DNA of 64,000 nucleotides from Candidatus Hydrogenedentota bacterium (GCA_963745075.1 CAVUWV010000036.1:192001-256000); one strand, 5' to 3'; positions 24,576 to 34,108 are shown, counted from the first letter of the stretch. The notes: generated by a model not told the origin, from the letters alone. Program-made: numbers and translations.

Positions 24576-25517
24576 ATGAGCAGCGAAAAACGGCATCCCA
24601 TTCAAGTGGTCGCGGCCCAGACCGGACTGACCCAGCACGCAATCCGCGCGTGGGAGCGCAGGTACGGCGCCGTGCAGCCCGCGCGTACCCCGACCAATCG
24701 CCGCATGTATTCGGACGACGATATCGCTCGGCTCCGATTACTGTTGCGCGCGACCCAAGAAGGGCGCAGTGTCGGCCAAGTCGCTCAACTTCCAACCGAT
24801 GAACTGCGCGACCTGCTTAGGGATGTGCCGCGCACCGTAGTCGCCCGTCGCAATAGAATCGACGGACCCCCGACACCAGAGACCTTTCTGGCGAACGCCG
24901 TGCAGGCAGTGGAGGAATTGAATGGAGAGAAGCTTGAAGCCGCGCTCGCGGAGGCCGAGACCAGCCTAAGCCAGGTCCGTGTGATTGAAGATGTGGTTCT
25001 GCCGCTGATCGAGGAAGTGGGAGACCGGTGGCGCATCGGGACTCTGCGCGTTGCCCACGAACATCTGGCCTCGAGCGTCGTGCGCGGATTCCTTACGACC
25101 ATGCGGGTAGGGATGCGCGCGCCGGAGCATGCCCCGGTCGTGGTGTTTGCCACGCCCGCCGCGCAGTGGCACGAACTGGGCGCACTTATGGCCGCCGCCG
25201 CCGCCGGTTTGGAAGGGTGGCGCGTGACTTACCTCGGGCCGAATCTGCCTGCGGAAGAAATCGCAGCGGCAGCTCTCACCGTGGATGCGAAGGTCGTTGC
25301 CCTCAGCATCGTGTATCCCGAAGACGATCCGCTACTGGGACACGAATTGCGGAAACTCCGGAAACTTTTGGGGCCAGAGGTCCTCATTCTCGCCGGAGGA
25401 CGCGCCGCGTCAGCCTACCTTCCCGTGCTGCAGCAGGTCGATGCTGTGCATACACCGGATCTGAAATGTCTTCGGCAAGAGTTGCTGCAGGCCCGCCGCC
25501 CCGCGACCACACAGTAG
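24576..25517 (+). CDS. carH: MerR-family, cobalamin-binding photoreceptor repressor (CarH/LitR type)
   Basis: MerR HTH (IRAWERRYG, RMYS), W-x9-EH (WRIGTLRVAHEH), HELG and YLGPNLP B12 motifs; divergent from crt genes. Confidence 0.88.
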   Translation: MSSEKRHPIQVVAAQTGLTQHAIRAWERRYGAVQPARTPTNRRMYSDDDIARLRLLLRATQEGRSVGQVAQLPTDELRDLLRDVPRTVVARRNRIDGPPTPETFLANAVQAVEELNGEKLEAALAEAETSLSQVRVIEDVVLPLIEEVGDRWRIGTLRVAHEHLASSVVRGFLTTMRVGMRAPEHAPVVVFATPAAQWHELGALMAAAAAGLEGWRVTYLGPNLPAEEIAAAALTVDAKVVALSIVYPEDDPLLGHELRKLRKLLGPEVLILAGGRAASAYLPVLQQVDAVHTPDLKCLRQELLQARRPATTQ

Positions 25518-25518
25518 T

Positions 25519-27420
25519 TCAGTCGCGAGCCCGCGGCGTAATCGTAAGCTCCAGCCGTTTCCCATCGCGCATCACCGCGATGGTGACCGGTTCGCCAATC
25601 TTCAAGGCCTCGATGGCGTACGTGTAGTCGTAAATGTTTTCGATGATCGTGCCGGCAAGTTCGACCACCACGTCGCCGCCTTGTACGCCTGCCTGCGCGG
25701 CCGGTCCACCTTCGGCCACGCCGGAGAGTTTCAGTCCGTTGCCGCTATCCTGTGAATAGTCCGGGATCGTGCCGAGATACGCGCGTAAACCCGCGCCGCC
25801 CTCGCGCTCCGGCGGTTTCGCCTGCGGGATGTAGTCTGGCGCCTCGGCGCATTCGGCGAGGTACGCGGTCGCTTCCGCCATGAACCGGGCGACTTGCGCG
25901 GCCCCGGCGTAATTGATCGTACTGGGCGTGTCGCGCGGCGTATGATACTCCTCGTGCGCACCCGTGAAGGCATTGATGAACGGTACGCCGCGCACGAAGA
26001 ACAACGTCGCGTCGGTAGGCAGATAGCTGTCGTCTTGCGTGGTGACTTGGAGATTGCCCGCCGCCTCGCGCCATTTCGGGATCAGACCTTCCCAGATCGA
26101 ACTCGAACCCACGCCGCCGATGATGACGGACTCGCGCAGACGGCCAATCATGTCCATGTTGACGTACGCGGCGATCGCCGGACGCAACGGTTCGGATTCG
26201 GGGATGTCGCGATAGGTTTGCGCAAACTTCGCCGAACCGAGGAGCCCCAGCTCTTCGCCCGACCACGCGGCAAAGAGGATGTCGCGTTTCGGCTTGAACG
26301 CGCCCGCCTTCTTTTGGTTTACAAGATACTGGGCAATCTCAAACATCCCGGACACGCCGGACGCATTGTCATCTGCGCCGTAATGGATGCGGTTCGTCTC
26401 GTAGTCCCGGGCGAGCGATCCCGTACCCGAACCGCGGCCGAGATGATCGATGTGCGCTCCTACGACAACTACACCCTCTTCGGCTGGGTCGTCCGCAGGA
26501 AGCCGCGCCAAAACGTTGCGGCCCGTGCGTTTCTCCTGGACGATATCCACGTCCACGCGCAGGGTCGTGTCCGGCGGTTCAAAACCCATCACCGGATCGC
26601 CGGTGTCCAATTCGGATTGCACCGCCTCCAACGTGCGGCCCGCCGTGCTCAGCAGGGATTCGCCGACCCGGTCGTCTACCGAAACGGCTGCGATGCTGGT
26701 ACCCGAGAACGACGCGTCGAAACTCAAGTTCACCAGCGGATCGGACACCTTGGAATTGGGTCCGCTCACGAACACGATTCCCAGCGCGCCCCGGTCGCGG
26801 GCAATCATGGCCTTGTAGCGGAGTCCGGCGTACTGGGTGAGGTGCAGTCGCCGTTCCTTGGACACATTCTCCGGGATATACCGGAACACGACGACCCACT
26901 TGTCCTTCACGTCGAGGTGGACGTAGGAATCGTATTCGGGGAGGTCCTCATGTTCCGGCGCGACGATGCCGTAGCCGGCGAACGCAACCGGCGCTTCAAA
27001 TGTGCCCGTTTTCGAGAACGCCACCGGACGCCACGCCTCGTCCACGGGATAACAATCCGGTTCCGGCGCACCGGGCCGCACGACGCATAACTGATTATCG
27101 GGCCCCAACGACGCGCCCGCCGTGAAGTCGAAGGACTGAAACCACGACCCGTCATCGCCCGCCCGTTCCAGGCCCAGCCATTCGAAAACCTCCGCGGCGT
27201 AATCCGTCGCGCGGTGTTCTCCCGGCGTGCCGGTAGAACGTCCCTCCATGACCTCCGAAGCAAGGTAATCCAGATGGAGCCGTATGTCCCCGGGAAGGAT
27301 CTCCGGCACCGTAGTGGCAAGATCCGGCGGCTCCGCCTCCGCCCGCGCGAAGGAGGGAAGCGTCGGGAAAACAAGACACGCTGCAAAAGTGACGAGCCGG
27401 ATAACGCCAGTAGGTAGCAT
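25519..27420 (-). CDS. Secreted M28 family peptidase with PA and PDZ domains
   Basis: GAHIDHLG, GADDNASG, GEELGLLGS, NMDMIG, YHTP; C-terminal YLGTIPDY PDZ. Confidence 0.92.
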   Translation of the reverse strand: MLPTGVIRLVTFAACLVFPTLPSFARAEAEPPDLATTVPEILPGDIRLHLDYLASEVMEGRSTGTPGEHRATDYAAEVFEWLGLERAGDDGSWFQSFDFTAGASLGPDNQLCVVRPGAPEPDCYPVDEAWRPVAFSKTGTFEAPVAFAGYGIVAPEHEDLPEYDSYVHLDVKDKWVVVFRYIPENVSKERRLHLTQYAGLRYKAMIARDRGALGIVFVSGPNSKVSDPLVNLSFDASFSGTSIAAVSVDDRVGESLLSTAGRTLEAVQSELDTGDPVMGFEPPDTTLRVDVDIVQEKRTGRNVLARLPADDPAEEGVVVVGAHIDHLGRGSGTGSLARDYETNRIHYGADDNASGVSGMFEIAQYLVNQKKAGAFKPKRDILFAAWSGEELGLLGSAKFAQTYRDIPESEPLRPAIAAYVNMDMIGRLRESVIIGGVGSSSIWEGLIPKWREAAGNLQVTTQDDSYLPTDATLFFVRGVPFINAFTGAHEEYHTPRDTPSTINYAGAAQVARFMAEATAYLAECAEAPDYIPQAKPPEREGGAGLRAYLGTIPDYSQDSGNGLKLSGVAEGGPAAQAGVQGGDVVVELAGTIIENIYDYTYAIEALKIGEPVTIAVMRDGKRLELTITPRARD

Positions 27421-27481
27421 GTTCGTTCCTTGCAGTAACTCCGAGAAGAAGAGGAGTATAGCATGGCACACGCATCGCCCG

Positions 27482-27510
27482 TTGCGAAATTCGGCGCTCC
27501 GGCGCATAAT
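27482..27510 (+). promoter_or_regulatory. sigma70-like promoter for the radical SAM operon
   Basis: TTGCGA-17 bp-CATAAT, about 70 nt upstream of the ATG at 27582. Confidence 0.5.
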
Positions 27511-27581
27511 GTCATAGAGACGTGGGGAGAGCGTCGTCCTGGACGGTGCAGCACCTACCGGCACATCAGGGGGAAGACCGG

Positions 27582-27929
27582 ATGAAAGCCTTGGGCTATT
27601 TGTTTGCCGGATTCTTGATTGTATTGGGGATGCTGTTCTGTGTGGCCGCCGGCGCCACCGGCCTTTGGCAACGATGGATATTGGGCGGAATCCTTTTGGG
27701 TTCGGGCCTTGCCGTTGTGTACTTCCTGCGCATGAAGACCCCCGAAACCCGCGTTTCCGTCACCCAACAAATCGACCTCACCGGGGATGTCAGCCTCGAA
27801 AAACTGACGTGTAAGAATTGCGGCGCCACATTGGATTCCAAGAGCGTGTCCGTGCGTGCCGGGGCGGTATTCGTGAGCTGTCCCTATTGCGAAACCGAAT
27901 ACCAGATGGAGGAGGCACCGAAATGGTAA
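27582..27929 (+). CDS. Small 2-TM membrane protein with a C-terminal zinc ribbon
   Basis: Two hydrophobic helices, then CKNCG...CPYC; ends EEAPKW; overlaps the next gene by 7 nt. Confidence 0.85.
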   Translation: MKALGYLFAGFLIVLGMLFCVAAGATGLWQRWILGGILLGSGLAVVYFLRMKTPETRVSVTQQIDLTGDVSLEKLTCKNCGATLDSKSVSVRAGAVFVSCPYCETEYQMEEAPKW

Positions 27930-29294
27930 CCACCCTCAAAAAGAAGATGCGCGACATCTTCGGACAGCCCGGGCCGGTCCAACCGGGTCTTTACCACTAC
28001 CAGCGTGAGTTGGCGGATCGGTACATGCGCCTGCATCTGCGAATCGACCCCGACCATACCGGCATGCTTTCCGTGAATGCGTCGGGCGTGCTCCATCTCA
28101 ACGAAACGGCCGCCGCCATGATGAAGCAGGTCCTCGACGGCAAGTCGAAAGCCGACGCCGTAACATGGACGAGGAAAGTCTACCGCGGAGCGAAAAAAGG
28201 CAGCGTCGAAAAGGACTACGACCAGATTCTCGATATCGTGCGGCACTTGGAAACCACCGAAGACGCGTGTCCGGTCTATTCCGTGAACGTTCCCTCCATC
28301 CCGCCGTTTGGCCGCAAACCTTCCGCGCCGTACCGTGCGGATCTCGCGTTGACCTACGCATGCAACGACAACTGCACCCACTGCTACGTTGCGCGCCGGC
28401 CCGAAGACGTGGAGCCCCTAAAGCTCGATGAATGGATTCGAGTACTGGAAAAGCTTCGCGACATCGGTGTGCCGCACGTATGCTTCACAGGCGGCGAAGC
28501 CACGGTCAGCCCGCATCTCAGGGATCTTGTCGAGAAAGCGGAAGACCTCGGCATCATCACGGGGCTCTTGACCAACGGGCGCAAGCTCTCGGATCGTGAG
28601 TTCACCAAGCGCCTGTGCGACGCCGGTCTTGACCACGTGCAAATCACGATCGAAAGCCATGACGAAATGGTCCACGACCGCATGGTGGACACGGAAGGCG
28701 CGTACAAGGAAACGGTCGAGGGGATTCGCAACGCCCTCGCGGAAGACATCTACCTCGTCACCAATACCACCTTGTGCGCGCTTAACGCGGACGACATCGA
28801 AGAGACTATCGAATTCCTGCACGGCCTCGGCGTGCGGCAGTTCGCCATGAACTCCTTCATCAACACGGGACGCGCGCCGAAATCGGGTCTCGGCATCGAC
28901 GAAGCAGGATTTGGAACCCATCCTGGGACTCGTCACGGAGAAGGCCGACGAGTTGGGGATGCGTTTCATCTGGTACAGTCCTACCCAGTATTGCGTGCTG
29001 AATCCCGCCGAAATGGGCGTCGGATTCAAACGCTGCACCGCCGCCGAATACAACATCTGCATCGAACCCGACGGTGCGGTCCTGCCGTGTCAGAGTTACT
29101 ACAAACCCGTGGGCAACTTCCTCAAGGATGACTGGAAATCCATCTGGGAAAGCCCCTTGTTCCTGGCGATTCGCAACCGAACGGAACTGCCGGAAGATTG
29201 CCGCGAATGCCCCGACATGGACGTCTGCGGCGGCGGATGCCCCTTGAGCGGCGGCGATCAGTTCCTGTGTTCGGACAGTCCTTCGGAGGGATAG
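27923..29294 (+). CDS. Radical SAM/SPASM enzyme with an N-terminal PqqD-like RRE; frameshift near 28907
   Basis: RRE-like LHLNETAAAMMKQVLDG..., CNDNCTHC, FTGGE; SPASM CTAA..NICIEPDGAVLPC...CRECPDMDVCGGGC; the two frames join after removing one G. Confidence 0.9.
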
Positions 29295-29298
29295 CGTG

Positions 29299-31139
29299 AT
29301 GAAACGCCTCGCACTTGTACTCATCCTAGCCGCCGGGCTTGCCGTCGTTGCGCACGCGCAAAACTATCGCTTCGCCATTCCCGAGGCCGAAGTCACGGTT
29401 ACCATCCAACCTGACGGTGCCGCGCTGATTCAGTACCGGCTGACATTCACGTGCCGGTCCGGTGCACATCCCATCGAACGTCGTAGATATCGGCATGCCC
29501 AACCTGTCAAAACACTCGCCCGGCGGCGCCACGATCGACGGTAACCCAATCCCGCAAAGCAGCGTTCGAATTTCGACCTATCTCAAACCGCGCGGCTCCG
29601 GGTATGAGATCCAACTTGGCCGGCACACGATCCGGCCCGGCCAGACCGGCGTCTTCGAGTTCACGGCGCGCGAACAGAATATGGTCTGGCAGGACACGAC
29701 CAACCCGGACCTGGCATCGTTCCGGTTCACCCCGACCTGGTTTGGTTCCCAATTTGTCGATGGGACCACCCGCTTGACCCTGCGCTACAAGCTGCCAATC
29801 CCGGCGGCGCAATATCCTGCCGCGAAGGATCAAATCCTGTGGCAAAAGAAGGGGCAGGACTTCGATGTCAAAGGCGTGATGGAAGGCGAAGACGTCGCCT
29901 CGGTCGCCTGGGTGGATACCGTGCGGCTGACGGGCCCCCACGAATACGGCGTCTCCTTTCCCAAGCGCTTCGTGACCAACGTGCGGAAAGACTCGATCTG
30001 GGGCCTGTTCCTGCGCTGGTTCAAGGGGAATCCCGACGTCGCAATTCATGAGCGGCGTCGCATTGCTCTTCGTGTTCAGCATCTGCTTCTTCATGCTGAC
30101 CCGCGGCACGGGGTTCGCCCTCTACATTATCGCCACGGCGGGGTTCATCTACGGGATGTACCAGAGCGTCGTGTTTCATTTGTGGTTGTACCTGGCGATG
30201 CTCGCGCTTGTGTTGCTCGTATGCCTGATGCGGCAGCGCCGCAAACGCCGGTACTTCCCGGCCGAACTGTGCCGCGAAGGCGGTGGGTTGAAGCGCGGCC
30301 TGACCGCGGTCGAAGCCGCCATCCTTCTCGAAATCCCCTTGAACAAGATCTTGACCATGGTGATCTTTGGACTCGCCAAGAAAGGGCTCATTGAAGTCCG
30401 CGAAGAAGACCCCATGCGCATCGAAGTCGTCGCCACACACCGGAAATTGCGGGTCTGGACCCGGCCGGACGGAAAAGACGTAAAGATCTGGCCGTTCGAA
30501 GAGTCGTTCCTGCGGATCTTCAAGGACCAGCACGACAAACCCGTCGAAGCCATGAAGTTGGACGAACCGTTTGACGCAGTCATCGAGCGGGTCGTCACGG
30601 CCATGAAAGGGTTTGATCTCAAGGCCACGCGCGAATACTACCGCAGCATCGTCTCGCGCGCTTGGATGATGGTCGAAACGGAAGCGGGATACGAGGCCCG
30701 CTACCAACGGCTCGACCGCCACCTGGAATGGCTGCTGATGGACGATTCGTGGGACCGCCGGTTGAAGGATACCACCGCGGAAACGCCCTATTACCCCAGT
30801 TGGTGGCACGGGTACGGACAAAGCCACGGACCCGTCTTCGGTGGTGGCGTCGCTCCAACTATTCCGTCCGGCGGCACTACGCCGTCGACTTCTTTTGGCA
30901 ACGTCGCCAGTTCCATTGTGGGCCGTTTCGAAGGCACTTCCAGCCGCGTCGTGGGAAGCCTCGACGCGCTTTCTGGCTCGACAGCCGGGACCATTAATCT
31001 TTCCGGTCTTGACAAGTTCACCGGAGAAGTCTTGAGCGGTTTGGCCAAGGGCGGCGGCGGAGGCGGCGGGGGTGGGGGCTGCGCGTGCGCCTGCGCCGGG
31101 TGTGCGTGTGCCTGCGCCTGTGCGGGCGGCGGACGATAA
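29299..31139 (+). CDS. DUF2207-like membrane protein with a poly-Gly plus (Cys-Ala)n C-terminal tail; frameshifts near 29477 and 30041
   Basis: Signal peptide, V.VTIQPDG, exported domain ending GVSFPK, three TM helices, GLTAVEAAILL, LAKKGLI, tail G9-CACACAGCACACACAGGGR. Confidence 0.8.
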
Positions 31140-31147
31140 GGATCGTC

Positions 31148-31786
31148 ATGCCCGCGCCCGAAGAATTACGCGCCATCTATCGCGGGCAAGCGGAGTGGTT
31201 CGCGGGTGAACGCAACCGGCTCCTGCGCAAGGCCGAGATCGCGCGGTGCCGTCGCGTCCTCGATCTCGGGACCGGCACCGGCGAACTCCTGGAAAACCTG
31301 GATCGGCGGGCGGCCGGGTTCGCCGTCGGCCTCGATGCCGACGGCGCCGTATTACGACTGGCCCGTGGCCGACGGGTTAACGCTCGGGCCGAATCATTGC
31401 CGTTCGCGGACAACGCGTTCGATGTAGTCTTCACCCAAATGTTCTTCCTGTGGGCGTCACCGCTGGAACGTGTCCTCGCAGAAATCTTCCGTATCCTTCA
31501 TCCGGGGAGTATTCTAATCGCCGCAGCCGAACCCGATTACGGCGGCGCCATCGAATATCCGGAAAATGACGCCGGAGCAAAGTCCTTCGAAACGCAACTG
31601 GCACGCGACGGTGCCGACCCGCGCGTCGGCCGCAAGCTGGACGAGGCCATGCGGCGCACGGGATTCGACGTGGAATGCGGCGTACACACCGCGCGCCCTT
31701 TGGAGCGAGCGATAACGGGAACCATTGAAGATGGAGCGTTCTTGTACGTTCCCTATTTTCATTTTCTGGGATGGAAACCCGCGTGA
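31148..31786 (+). CDS. Class I SAM-dependent methyltransferase
   Basis: VLDLGTGTG, AESLPFADNAFDVV, RILHPG motifs; starts 8 nt after the upstream stop. Confidence 0.9.
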   Translation: MPAPEELRAIYRGQAEWFAGERNRLLRKAEIARCRRVLDLGTGTGELLENLDRRAAGFAVGLDADGAVLRLARGRRVNARAESLPFADNAFDVVFTQMFFLWASPLERVLAEIFRILHPGSILIAAAEPDYGGAIEYPENDAGAKSFETQLARDGADPRVGRKLDEAMRRTGFDVECGVHTARPLERAITGTIEDGAFLYVPYFHFLGWKPA

Positions 31787-31825
31787 CGGTCTGGTAGCGC
31801 CTCGCATAGAATTTTTGGGCGCGCA

Positions 31826-32269
31826 CTACCCCTTGTCGCGATACGCGGCGGTAACCGTGCTGGCAAGTCCGCCACGGGGATTGCACGTGATGACAATCTT
31901 CATGTGCCGCGGTTGGCAGGCCTTGACGAGATCGTCGAGCATGCGGTTCACGAGGTGTTCGTACCAGATCCCTACGTCGCGGTACGAAGTGAGGTAGTAC
32001 TTCAACGAACGCAATTCAAGACAATACCGGCCCGGGGTGTACGCGATCGTCACCTGCGCGAAATCGGGTAGGCCCGAGAACGGACAGACCGACGTGAATT
32101 CGTCGGTCGTGGTCACGATTTCCATGGGTTCGCCGACGGGCTTGTCCGCGTACGCGTACTCGAAGCACTCCAGGCAACCCGCGTCGATAGCTTCGGGTCC
32201 TTTGAACGGGAGGGTCTTGTCATGGGCCTCGAACCGATCCCGGACCGGGTTCGCGGGTTTGTCAGGCAT
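31826..32269 (-). CDS. queF: NADPH-dependent 7-cyano-7-deazaguanine reductase (type I)
   Basis: EFTSVCPFSGLPDFA, ELRSLKYYL.SYR, PRGG. Confidence 0.92.
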   Translation of the reverse strand: MPDKPANPVRDRFEAHDKTLPFKGPEAIDAGCLECFEYAYADKPVGEPMEIVTTTDEFTSVCPFSGLPDFAQVTIAYTPGRYCLELRSLKYYLTSYRDVGIWYEHLVNRMLDDLVKACQPRHMKIVITCNPRGGLASTVTAAYRDKG

Positions 32270-32287
32270 CAACGAATTCCTTCCTCG

Positions 32288-32986
32288 TCATTGGCCCCGG
32301 TAAAGGCACCGGGCCGTGCAGGTTTCCGCCACCACCACTACGGACAGGTCAGGTACGTTCGGCTGCAATTGGTTCCAGATGAATCGGGCCACGTGCTCCG
32401 ACGTGGGGTTGGACAGGTCCTCGATCTCGTTCAGACACCGATGATCGAGTTGGTGATATACGTCGGGCAAACGGTCGCTTAGATGCATGGTTTCCGCCGC
32501 ACCCACTTCCGCAGAAAAGCTGTGGCCGTGCATGCGCCGGCACTTGTGGGTTTCCGGCAGGTTCGGCAACGCGTGCGCCGCCTCGAACCCGAATCGAATG
32601 CGCGGTGGAAGGCTGTACGTCTTCTCCGCCGCCACCGGCACCGCGTGGTACACACATTTCCCGATGATGCACACGTGTACGTCCGTCTTCGCCGTTGTCT
32701 CAAGGTCCAACCGCGCAGCGATCCAGTCCCGAACGCCGCGGACTGACGTATCGTGCAGTCCCTCCACATCATCCAAATCGACGTGGTCCAACTGGCGGTA
32801 CAACGGCTCAAACTGCCGCGTAATATCGCCATAGTCAATAAGCCATCCGAGGTTCGGATCGCATTCGCCGGAAACGTGTATGTCCACGTGGTAGCTGTGT
32901 CCGTGCAATCGGGGGTTGCCCCCCTCCGCCGGCCTCGTACGGTGAGCCGCTTCGAATTGATACGATTTAATGAGATCGACCTTCAC
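32288..32986 (-). CDS. queD: 6-carboxytetrahydropterin synthase with a tandem-duplicated domain
   Basis: FEAAH...HGHSY and FEAAH...CRRMHGHSF, LDH, NPTSE. Confidence 0.85.
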   Translation of the reverse strand: MKVDLIKSYQFEAAHRTRPAEGGNPRLHGHSYHVDIHVSGECDPNLGWLIDYGDITRQFEPLYRQLDHVDLDDVEGLHDTSVRGVRDWIAARLDLETTAKTDVHVCIIGKCVYHAVPVAAEKTYSLPPRIRFGFEAAHALPNLPETHKCRRMHGHSFSAEVGAAETMHLSDRLPDVYHQLDHRCLNEIEDLSNPTSEHVARFIWNQLQPNVPDLSVVVVAETCTARCLYRGQ

Positions 32987-33697
32987 CTACACTCCCTTCC
33001 GATCCGGCGGCCAGATAAACTTGTGCATCTGAAGCTGGAACCGGACGTCGAGCCCGTCTTCGAGAATCCATTCCACGAGTTCCTGCGGATCGACCGAACC
33101 AAGCACCGGCGAAAACAGCACCGCGTGGCAGCGTGACGGCAAATTGTGATCGCGGACTACCTCCCGGCTCCACTCGTAATCCTTCCGGCCGGCAATAACG
33201 AATTTCACCTCGTCCCGCGGCGAGAGCCGGTCCAGATTCGACCAGTCATTTTTGTCGCACTCGCCGCTGTCCGGACATTTGAGATCCATAATTCTTATCG
33301 CGTCCGCAGGTAACCGGTCGATGGGCAGCGCGCCGCTTGTCTCGCACAAGACCGTCATGCCGCGATCGAGCAAGCACTGCGCGAGCGTGGCGCACGCCTT
33401 CTGTAGCAAGGGCTCCCCGCCGGTAATCTCGACCAGAGGACAGGCAAGCTCGAGACACCGATCGACGATCTCGCCGACTGTCATCTTCGCACCGCCGTGA
33501 AATGCGTATTCCGTGTCGCACCAGACGCACCGGAGAGGGCACCCCGTTAACCGCACGAAGATGCACGGCAACCCCGCCCAGGTCGATTCGCCCTGCACGG
33601 ATTTGTAGATCTCCGTGACGGTCAGCGTGGCGCTGAGCCGAGGTTCGTCGTTGTCAACGATGTCTTTCGTAAGTTCGGTGTTCTCTATGGATTGCAC
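32987..33697 (-). CDS. queE: 7-carboxy-7-deazaguanine synthase (radical SAM)
   Basis: EIYKSVQGE, FVRLTGCPLRCVWCDT, TGGEPL, QLQMHK; start (GTG after GGAG) is uncertain. Confidence 0.92.
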   Translation of the reverse strand: MQSIENTELTKDIVDNDEPRLSATLTVTEIYKSVQGESTWAGLPCIFVRLTGCPLRCVWCDTEYAFHGGAKMTVGEIVDRCLELACPLVEITGGEPLLQKACATLAQCLLDRGMTVLCETSGALPIDRLPADAIRIMDLKCPDSGECDKNDWSNLDRLSPRDEVKFVIAGRKDYEWSREVVRDHNLPSRCHAVLFSPVLGSVDPQELVEWILEDGLDVRFQLQMHKFIWPPDRKGV

Positions 33698-33808
33698 GCC
33701 ATACTCCGATCCGGAAATATATGTCCCCGCAATGCGTATCCCCATAATCGTTGATCATAGCACGAAAATGGCATGGCACGCGCATCCGAGCCCAGAGAAA
33801 AAAGCGGA

Positions 33809-34108
33809 TTAGCGTTGAATTCGCGGATGCCAGTATTCGGGCAAACGAGAGTGATGCGCCAGCGCGAAAATGACGATTTCGTCGTCATTCGGACGATAAA
33901 CGAGCGCAAACGGAAAGTCTTTAACGAATACTCGCCGAGTGTCTTTTGAAACCGGCGAGCCGGTAAGAGGGAAAGCGACAGCCCGAGCGGTAGCCTCTTC
34001 AACAGCCGCAGCGAAACGAGCGCCAAGTCCAGGCTCCTTGCCGTTGTAATAAACAACCGCTGCAAGAAACTCTCGCCGTGCCGGCGCAATGAAACGTGCG
34101 CGCTTCAC
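33809..34108 (-). CDS. RelE/ParE family toxin
   Basis: 99 aa, basic; FPFALVYR, IFALAHHSRLPEYW; overlaps the antitoxin. Confidence 0.88.
   Translation of the reverse strand: MKRARFIAPARREFLAAVVYYNGKEPGLGARFAAAVEEATARAVAFPLTGSPVSKDTRRVFVKDFPFALVYRPNDDEIVIFALAHHSRLPEYWHPRIQR

Noticed and set aside
25519..27420. M28 peptidase as the leader peptidase of the rSAM system
   Set aside because: It is divergently transcribed, secreted and from a widespread family; only adjacency links it.
28890..30060. Programmed frameshifting or phase variation in the rSAM operon
   Set aside because: No slippery heptamers or long homopolymers at the breaks, and similar breaks occur in unrelated genes across the window.
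33700..33800. preQ1 riboswitch upstream of queE
   Set aside because: No recognisable preQ1 aptamer stem with an A-rich tail.
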